Part shown: positions 57,590 to 64,000 of the stretch, one piece after another
Numbering within the stretch: position 1 is the first letter of the stretch
Layout of the letters: the number at the start of each line of letters is the position of its first letter
Source: Candidatus Spongiisociaceae bacterium
GTDB lineage: Bacteria; Actinomycetota; Acidimicrobiia; Spongiisociales; Spongiisociaceae
Reading direction: 5' to 3'
Assembly (NCBI GenBank): GCA_965219685.1
Contig: CBDCOH010000002.1
Span: 1,728,001-1,792,000, forward strand
DNA length: 64,000 bases
Notes under the pieces: generated by a model
Seen by the model: only the letters and a program-made list of their open reading frames with translations
Databases searched by the model: none
Told to the model about the DNA's origin: nothing
Translations under genes and position numbers: made by a program

Positions 57590-58359
57590 CGGAGAAACGG
57601 CCTGTGGGTGATGATTGATCCAAGGGCCGCTGAGATCTCGTTTGCCGCCTCGACGACCAACTTCCCCATTCGTGCGACTTCGTCGTCAGCAGTCGGCATA
57701 CGGTCGGTGGGACCCGCCACACCGACGGCGCCGACCACCTCGCCCCGGTAGTCGAAGATCGGAGCGGCCAAGCCTGTCACTCCTTGCACGTACTCCTCCA
57801 CATCAACTGCGAAGCCGCGTCGCCGGATCTCTTCGAGCCGTTCCGCCAGTGAGTCCGGCGCGCTCCCATCATTGCGGAAGGCCTGGACGGCCCAACCCAT
57901 GGCTGTATCGTTACGCGGCCACACCTCCCCTATTCGGGTGAACACCGACACCGGATGCCGTGAGATTTCTCGGGCCACGGCTACCGGCTCGCCTTCGGCC
58001 AGTGCCGCCAGATTCACCGTTTCTCCGGTCTGGTCGCGCATGCGCCTCATCGTCGGGCGGCTCACTCGGAGCAGGTCCGTTTGGTCGAGAAGACGCGCCG
58101 CCAACCTCAATACCTTCGATGTGATGACGTAGCGACGGGGGGATGTCTCGGTGTGGGCGACGTAATCAGCGGAGCGTAGCCCGTTCAGCAGGCGGTGCGC
58201 CTGAGCGGTATCCATACCGAGACTGCCCGCCAGATCGGTTGTTCCGACGCCTTCCGGGTAGTCCACGAGCATCTCCAGGACGCGAAGAGCATTGACACCG
58301 GCCGGTTGTCTGCGCTGCGTTTTCTTCCGATTGTTCGGGACGCCGCCGCCCGTCATCAC
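57586..58359 (-). CDS. IclR-family transcriptional regulator
   Basis: N-terminal HTH, TGETVNLA, RRRGFAVDVEEY, LAAPIFD. Confidence 0.93.
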   Translation of the reverse strand: MMTGGGVPNNRKKTQRRQPAGVNALRVLEMLVDYPEGVGTTDLAGSLGMDTAQAHRLLNGLRSADYVAHTETSPRRYVITSKVLRLAARLLDQTDLLRVSRPTMRRMRDQTGETVNLAALAEGEPVAVAREISRHPVSVFTRIGEVWPRNDTAMGWAVQAFRNDGSAPDSLAERLEEIRRRGFAVDVEEYVQGVTGLAAPIFDYRGEVVGAVGVAGPTDRMPTADDEVARMGKLVVEAANEISAALGSIITHRPFLR

Positions 58360-58385
58360 TTCACCCCAGTCATCACTTCACCCCA
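58352..58385. repeat. 17-bp tandem duplication covering the iclR RBS and start
   Basis: GTCATCACTTCACCCCA x2. Confidence 0.9.
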
Positions 58386-58393
58386 GTCGTGTA

Positions 58394-58505
58394 GGAGGGT
58401 GCTGAAAAACGAACTCTGAGGGGTTCGCTCGTTGGCGAACGACCTGGTCTGAGAGTTGTCGAGTATCGTGCGAACCCCTTTGTACAGGATTTTTCAGCAC
58501 CCTCC
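58394..58505. mobile_element. 112-bp MITE with 16-bp perfect terminal inverted repeats and flanking TA
   Basis: TA|GGAGGGTGCTGAAAAA...TTTTTCAGCACCCTCC|TA; internal IR AGGGGTTCGC/GCGAACCCCT; no ORF. Confidence 0.8.
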
Positions 58506-58651
58506 TAGAGACTTCAGAACAACACCTGACTCACCAGATTCATAAGACAAAATATTTGACCTGTCAAATCCGGATCAGTAATCTGGCTGGGTTGGCATCT
58601 CTTTGTCGGCGTATTTCACGCATCGAAGATGCACATGGTGAGGAGGAAGAT

Positions 58652-59743
58652 ATGAGAACGATCAGCTTGGTGCGAAGAGCAGAAGTCTGGAATCGCAGGA
58701 GGTCGCCGCGAGCCTTCGCCATACTCCTCCTGGCCCTCGGAGTGTTGGTCAGCGCATGTGCAGACGCTTCCGAAGACACCACGACCACCACCGCAGCGCC
58801 AACAACCACCGCGATGACCGAGACCACGGCCGACACCAGTGCGCCGGCAGGGTCGCATGACTTCGTGATGATCACGTTCTTCGCGAACTGCAGCTTCTGC
58901 CAAACCTTGGAGGCAGGCGCCATCTACGCAGGAGAACAACTAGGGGTCAACGTGCAGATCGTTCAGCCAGGCGGAGTCGACGCCGAAACGTTGAACCCGG
59001 CTCTCCAGGCAGCCACTGCGGCCGAGCCCGACGCCATCGGCATCTCCTACTTCACCAAGGGCCAGGAGTCGGCGATTCTCGATACTCTCGAACAGGGGAT
59101 CCCCGTAGTGCTGTTCAACAACAACCGCTTCGAGGCAGTGGACGGCGACCCGGCGACTGCAACAACGGATCCGAGGATCCTGACGCTGTCGTACGTTGGG
59201 CAAGATGAGACCAAGTCAGGAGAGGTCCTGATGACACATCTACTGCCGCAACTCGGCGAGGGCAAGGTGGTGATCTTCAACAACGCCCCCGGAGCGACCG
59301 TGTTGACCCTGCGCGCCGACGGAGTGAAGCGCGTTCTCGACGCCAACGGTATCCCGTACGAGGACCTTGACGGCGAACTGGACGAAGTCGTCAACCAGCA
59401 GACGATCTCCGCCTACCTCGACGCCAACCCCGATACTGCCGGCATCATCGGTCTCGGTAATCCGGCATCCAACCCGGCCGGTGTGATCGTTGGTGAGCGA
59501 GGACTCGATATCATCATCGGCACGTTCGATGTCGACACGGCGGCGGTCGAGCACCTCAAGCAGGGGACGCTCACCGCGGCACTCAACCAGCAGCCATGGC
59601 TCCAGGGCTACATGACCGTGATGAACATGTATATCGAGACGGTCCTCGGCCTACAGCCGGTCAACGTAGACACGGGAACACAGATCGTGACGATGGACAA
59701 CGTCGGCGAACTCGAGGCGGCGGTCGCGGCCGGACGCAACTGA
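58652..59743 (+). CDS. Sugar ABC substrate-binding lipoprotein (RbsB-like)
   Basis: Lipobox LVSAC, Thr-rich linker, GIPVVLFN, YVGQD, QQPWLQGY. Confidence 0.92.
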   Translation: MRTISLVRRAEVWNRRRSPRAFAILLLALGVLVSACADASEDTTTTTAAPTTTAMTETTADTSAPAGSHDFVMITFFANCSFCQTLEAGAIYAGEQLGVNVQIVQPGGVDAETLNPALQAATAAEPDAIGISYFTKGQESAILDTLEQGIPVVLFNNNRFEAVDGDPATATTDPRILTLSYVGQDETKSGEVLMTHLLPQLGEGKVVIFNNAPGATVLTLRADGVKRVLDANGIPYEDLDGELDEVVNQQTISAYLDANPDTAGIIGLGNPASNPAGVIVGERGLDIIIGTFDVDTAAVEHLKQGTLTAALNQQPWLQGYMTVMNMYIETVLGLQPVNVDTGTQIVTMDNVGELEAAVAAGRN

Positions 59744-59750
59744 TCCCCCG

Positions 59751-59785
59751 TTTGCCGGGCCCGGATGCTCCCCGGGCCCGGCAAA
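59751..59785 (+). terminator. 14-bp stem-loop after the SBP gene
   Basis: TTTGCCGGGCCCGG-N7-CCGGGCCCGGCAAA. Confidence 0.75.
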
Positions 59786-59803
59786 ACCGACCGAGGTTAA
59801 GTA

Positions 59804-60832
59804 ATGGTATCCAACACGCGGGCCGGCACACATCGGCTGGCCACATTCGTCGGCAGGATGGCGTCGAATCGGCTGGCGGGACCCACCGTCGTACTCGTTG
59901 GACTGTGCATCTTCTTCCAGCTCCGCTCCGGAAAGTTCTTCACAGCCACGCAAATCGAGGGAATGACCTCCGTCGCCGCGTCCATCGCAATCATCAGCGC
60001 CGGAATCACGATGCTGATGTTCTCGGGCGAATTCGATCTATCGGTCGCATCGGTCTATGCGATCGGACCGATTCTCTTCGCGCTGTTGCTCACCAAGGCT
60101 GACATACCGGTCTTCCCGGCGTTTCTCATAGCTTTGATACTGTGCTCCGCCGTCGGTTTAGTCAACGGGCTCATCACCACACGGTTCGGGATTCCGTCCC
60201 TCATCACAACGCTCGGAACGTCCTTCGCCATCATCGGGACCGCCATCTTCATCAGCGAAGGCGACAACCTCCTCTACTTTGACGAGAGCAGACTGTTCAG
60301 CATCCTCGGCGGCGAGGTAGGTAACGCTCCCGTGCCGGCGCAGTTCCTGTGGGCGTTGCTCATCGTTGGAATCCTCTGGTACGTGACGGACCTGACCGAA
60401 TACGGCAATTGGTCCCGTTCGGCCGGCGGCCGGCGCGGTGTGGCCCGGGAGATGGGCGTAGCGGTCAACCGAGTGAAGACCACTAACTTCGTGGTGTCGT
60501 CGACGCTGGCCGGATTCGCCGGCATCGCCACCTTCACTTCCTTCCGCACCGTTTCCGCCGGCTACGGCTCGAACTTCGAGTTGCTAGCCATCGTGGCCAC
60601 CGTGGTCGGCGGAACATCGATTTTCGGGGTGACCGGATCGGTGCTCGGCGCCTTCATCGGGACGTTGATCCTGGCGAGTCTGCGAACCGGCCTCATCCTG
60701 GTAGGCGCTCCGGGAGCGTGGTACACCGCGATCATCGGGATCATTCTCATAGCGGCAGTGATCAGCAACATCCGGATCGGGAGGGCAGGAGACCGCCTCC
60801 TCGAAGTGAGTCAGAGGTGGCGGCGATCATGA
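59804..60832 (+). CDS. Sugar ABC permease (RbsC-like)
   Basis: GEFDLSV, IPSLITTLG, IVATVVGGTS. Confidence 0.93.
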   Translation: MVSNTRAGTHRLATFVGRMASNRLAGPTVVLVGLCIFFQLRSGKFFTATQIEGMTSVAASIAIISAGITMLMFSGEFDLSVASVYAIGPILFALLLTKADIPVFPAFLIALILCSAVGLVNGLITTRFGIPSLITTLGTSFAIIGTAIFISEGDNLLYFDESRLFSILGGEVGNAPVPAQFLWALLIVGILWYVTDLTEYGNWSRSAGGRRGVAREMGVAVNRVKTTNFVVSSTLAGFAGIATFTSFRTVSAGYGSNFELLAIVATVVGGTSIFGVTGSVLGAFIGTLILASLRTGLILVGAPGAWYTAIIGIILIAAVISNIRIGRAGDRLLEVSQRWRRS

Positions 60833-61620
60833 CGACCACGGTTGCGACCGACGAGACGCGGTCAACGGCTGACGTGTTATTAAAGCTCACGAACGTGAGC
60901 AAGAGCTTCGGATCCACCCGCGCCGTGCGGGATGTCTCCTTGACGATTAGGCGCGGCGAGGTCGTGGGCCTCATCGGCGACAACGGTGCCGGCAAGTCGA
61001 CGATCGTGAAGATCGTCACCGGCTATTTCGCCCCGACATCGGGCAGTGTGACGTTCGAAGGGCGGGACGCCCGACTATCCCCCGCCGCAGCGCGGAGCCT
61101 GGGGATCGAGGCGGTCTACCAGGATCTGGCCCTGATCGGAGGTCTGAGCCTGTGGCGCAACTTCTTCCTTGGTAAGGAACTCAAGATAGGCCCCGGCTGG
61201 CTCCCGATGCGGCCGCTGGACAAAAGGCGGATGCGGAGTCTGACTCTAAGGAAACTGGAAGACTTGGGTCTGACACGCATACGCTCGACGAACGAACCCG
61301 CATCTCGTCTTTCCGGAGGTGAGAAGCAGTCGCTTGCGATCACGCGCGCTGTCCACTTCGGGGCACAACTGCTCCTCCTCGACGAACCGACAGCCGCCCT
61401 CTCGGTGCGGGAAACCCTGAACGTACTGGATACGATCCGCCAAGCTGCTGACCGAGGTCTCGGTGTGCTCTACATTGATCACAACATGGCACACGTTCAG
61501 CCGGTCGCGGACCGGATCGTGGTGCTGGAGCACGGGTCGGTCGTGTCGGAACATAAGGGAAGCGATGTAACCGTCGATGACCTCGCCGAGATGTTGAGTT
61601 CAAGACGGCGCGAGCGGTAA
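60829..61620 (+). CDS. Sugar ABC ATP-binding protein (single domain)
   Basis: GDNGAGKST, VYQDLAL, LSGGEKQ, LDEPTAAL. Confidence 0.93.
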   Translation: MTTTVATDETRSTADVLLKLTNVSKSFGSTRAVRDVSLTIRRGEVVGLIGDNGAGKSTIVKIVTGYFAPTSGSVTFEGRDARLSPAAARSLGIEAVYQDLALIGGLSLWRNFFLGKELKIGPGWLPMRPLDKRRMRSLTLRKLEDLGLTRIRSTNEPASRLSGGEKQSLAITRAVHFGAQLLLLDEPTAALSVRETLNVLDTIRQAADRGLGVLYIDHNMAHVQPVADRIVVLEHGSVVSEHKGSDVTVDDLAEMLSSRRRER

Positions 61621-61634
61621 ATCTAGGAGTCTCG

Positions 61635-62489
61635 GTGAAGATCTCATACAATCCCTATCAAATCAGGTCCACACCACTCGACGGACTCGGCGACGTGACC
61701 GCCGGTTTCGGCTATCGATACATGGACCTCTCACCACGGGAAGACCTTATCCCTCTGTACTCGCATCCTCGAGCCGGCCGCCGACAGATCGCTGCCCTGC
61801 GGAGGTCACTCGAGGCGGCAGGCGTCGAGCTCACCGCTCTCTACGGCCTCTTCAAGTGGTCGAGCGCAGACGAGGACGAACGAGCCGGCGGGTCACGGTA
61901 TATGAGGCGTACGATCGAGATCTCCGCAGAACTCGGATGCCCGGTCGTATGCACCGAGTTCGGAACGAGCAGGAATACACGATATGTAAGTGAGAATCAA
62001 TTCTGGCGGTCCATGGATGAAACGCTGCCTATCCTCGAACGTAATGGAATCGAGTTGAGGATCGAGCCGCATCCCGACGACTTTGTGGAGGACCACTACC
62101 ACGGCGTCGACATGGTCCGTGCTATCGACTCCCCCTATGTGACCTATCTCTACTGTGTCCCCCACACTCACTATCTCGGACGTGACATAGCGGCAATGAT
62201 CCGATACGCCGGGGACACCCTTACCCACGTCCACGCCGCGGACACCTTCCATCCGAGCCGCTACATCGCGAATCCATCCGATACCGATGTTCGCCTCCAT
62301 CAACACCTGGACATCGGCCAGGGAGACATCGACTTCGACGCTCTCTTCTCATCCTTGGCGGAGATCGGATTCGACGGGGTTACCTCCAGCTGCGTGACGG
62401 CTTGGACCGAGAGAGCCGAAGAATCCGCTCGCTCCATGCTCCACGAGATCGCCGGCTACGCCACCAAGTACGGCCTGGAGATCGAATGA
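61635..62489 (+). CDS. Sugar phosphate isomerase/epimerase (IolH-like TIM barrel)
   Basis: IEPHPDDF, YCVPH, HVHAADT, HQHLDIGQG. Confidence 0.85.
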   Translation: MKISYNPYQIRSTPLDGLGDVTAGFGYRYMDLSPREDLIPLYSHPRAGRRQIAALRRSLEAAGVELTALYGLFKWSSADEDERAGGSRYMRRTIEISAELGCPVVCTEFGTSRNTRYVSENQFWRSMDETLPILERNGIELRIEPHPDDFVEDHYHGVDMVRAIDSPYVTYLYCVPHTHYLGRDIAAMIRYAGDTLTHVHAADTFHPSRYIANPSDTDVRLHQHLDIGQGDIDFDALFSSLAEIGFDGVTSSCVTAWTERAEESARSMLHEIAGYATKYGLEIE

Positions 62490-63055
62490 GCAGACACCCG
62501 ATGAAACAAGACCCGGACACCACCTTGTGGATGTCACGTGTGCAAGACACCCTCCGTCACCTCGAGGACTTGCAGCACGATACATACGAAGGCGCCGAGT
62601 CACGGACAGATAGGGAGGTCATCTTTCGACGCGCTTTTGATCTCGTAACACCGGTCGCAGTACGCGTTCTCAGCGATATCAACGAGTGGTTGCTCGGGGG
62701 GGAAGGCACCATCGAGACGAAGCCGCCTCACGACGACAACGCAGGAGGGCTAAAGGGCGAGTGGACGATCACGTGGCCCCGACTGGAGAGCGCCATCAAC
62801 AAGTACACCGGGCTTGGTCTTGATCCCGTACGCCTCATTGCTGTGTTCCCCGCCGGATGGACCCACGGCCACTTCGAGCGCCCACACGCCGGTTTTCCCA
62901 CCGATGTGACCGCTTGGCCCATGCAAATCACGACAGAAGAGGATGCGGAGCGACAGGAACCGGTCCTCCGAGTGATCGCGGAGACAGAGCTTCACGAGCG
63001 GATCTACCAGGCATCCGGAGATTGGCGGCTAACGCTACCGTTGTCCGAGTCATGA
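62486..63055 (+). CDS. Hypothetical protein
   Basis: ATGA-coupled in the operon; WTHGHF and ETELHE motifs. Confidence 0.75.
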   Translation: MSRHPMKQDPDTTLWMSRVQDTLRHLEDLQHDTYEGAESRTDREVIFRRAFDLVTPVAVRVLSDINEWLLGGEGTIETKPPHDDNAGGLKGEWTITWPRLESAINKYTGLGLDPVRLIAVFPAGWTHGHFERPHAGFPTDVTAWPMQITTEEDAERQEPVLRVIAETELHERIYQASGDWRLTLPLSES

Positions 63056-63072
63056 CCAGATAGGAGTTCGTC

Positions 63073-63486
63073 GTGAAGGTGTGGAACAACGGGGCCAAAG
63101 TGCGGGATATAGATCGTGAGATCGCGTTCTTCGAGGCAATGGGCGGCTCCGTCGTGCTCGACGAGGAATTCGAGTGGGACAGGGAGCGGGTCCGGGTCCC
63201 GCTGCTTCGAGTGGGCGACAAATACCTCCACATCATGAAACGTATGGTGTACGAGAACCAACTCGCTGCACCACTCGCACACGGACTGCAGCACATCGTG
63301 TACGAGGTGGACTCCCTTGGGGACTACCGGGAGCGTGCGTTGCGCGCCGGCGCTAGCGAGACCATGCCGGTCAAGCACGTCGAAGCCGGCTTCGGCGAGC
63401 GTGACGTCGGCTTCTTCACCTCCCCGGGCGGCATCAGGTTCGAGCTCATCCAAGTATACGAGCACCGCGTTCCCGAGCTGCCATGA
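63073..63486 (+). CDS. VOC/glyoxalase-family protein
   Basis: GLQHIVYEVD, FFTSPGGIRFELIQ; AGGAG RBS. Confidence 0.85.
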   Translation: MKVWNNGAKVRDIDREIAFFEAMGGSVVLDEEFEWDRERVRVPLLRVGDKYLHIMKRMVYENQLAAPLAHGLQHIVYEVDSLGDYRERALRAGASETMPVKHVEAGFGERDVGFFTSPGGIRFELIQVYEHRVPELP

Positions 63487-64000
63487 CCGGCAGTGTTACG
63501 GGAGTCCAGCGCTTACCTCGCATCGGGGTTGTCGGAACCGGCGTGGCGGCCATGCTCATCCACATCCCCGCCATCCGGGACAGCGACCACTTCCGGCTCG
63601 AGGCGGTCTGCGACACCGATCCGTCGCGGCTGGCATCTACGCCGGGGACGCATCTGCGCAGGTATGGCTCCGTCGCTGACATGGCGGACGATCCGGACAT
63701 CGACGCGGTGGTCGTGTGCACACCCCCCGAGACCCACTTCGACATTGCCGCCCGCATCATCGCTGCGGGAAAGCACGTTCTCATGGAGAAGCCGATGACC
63801 AGGACGGCGGAGGAGGCGGCCGAGCTGGCGCGTCGTGCCCGGGCGGCCGGCGTCGAACTGCGGGTTGCGCACGAGCGCCGTTTCCAACCTACCTGCGAAC
63901 GCATTCGCGAGCTTCTCAGGGAAGGATCGATCGGGACCCCCTTCTACTGCGGAGTTCACTGGGCAACCAACGTGAAGCTCGATCCGAGTCGCTTCATCCC
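63483..64000 (+). CDS. Gfo/Idh/MocA oxidoreductase (partial, runs off window)
   Basis: IGVVGTG, DIDAVVVCTP, GKHVLMEKP, HERRF; read manually. Confidence 0.9.
   Translation, partial: MTGSVTGVQRLPRIGVVGTGVAAMLIHIPAIRDSDHFRLEAVCDTDPSRLASTPGTHLRRYGSVADMADDPDIDAVVVCTPPETHFDIAARIIAAGKHVLMEKPMTRTAEEAAELARRARAAGVELRVAHERRFQPTCERIRELLREGSIGTPFYCGVHWATNVKLDPSRFI

Overview
This is a high-GC bacterial window, actinobacterial in character. Acidimicrobiia-like is an inference from the gene content, lipoprotein style and DUF222-HNH gene. It is dominated by uptake-plus-catabolism gene clusters. From 1 to 20 kb (minus strand) lie a BMP-type nucleoside ABC transporter, a UbiD-family decarboxylase, an amidohydrolase, an M20 hydrolase, MlrC, Gfo/Idh/MocA, an MBL hydrolase, a sugar-type ABC transporter, and a three-subunit xanthine-dehydrogenase-like Mo enzyme with a COG0523 GTPase coupled inside it. 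From 20 to 27 kb is an accessory patch: a CDF-like protein, lipoproteins, DUF222-HNH, arsM, TetR and a PIN toxin-antitoxin pair. From 27 to 46 kb (minus strand) is an Opp/Dpp ABC transporter with three hydantoinase-B paralogs, one hydantoinase-A, two HExxH DUF885 proteins, a signal-less SBP-fold protein and a second TA pair. From 46 to 54 kb are an esterase, a P450 remnant, a DMT-like protein, an acyl-CoA ligase, an SDR and a racemase. From 54 to 64 kb are IclR, a PAL-like NHL protein and a ThDP enzyme, divergent from a sugar/inositol-type ABC catabolic operon. The non-coding highlights are: a family of 7-bp tandem arrays (consensus GTKRNYV) with a strict orientation rule relative to genes; a ~100-150 bp element present in three copies, two of them upstream of purine/nucleoside operons; a 112-bp MITE; and several genes that appear to start at ATA or CTG. 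No rRNA, tRNA or CRISPR array was seen. All calls come from reading motifs by eye; no database searches were run.
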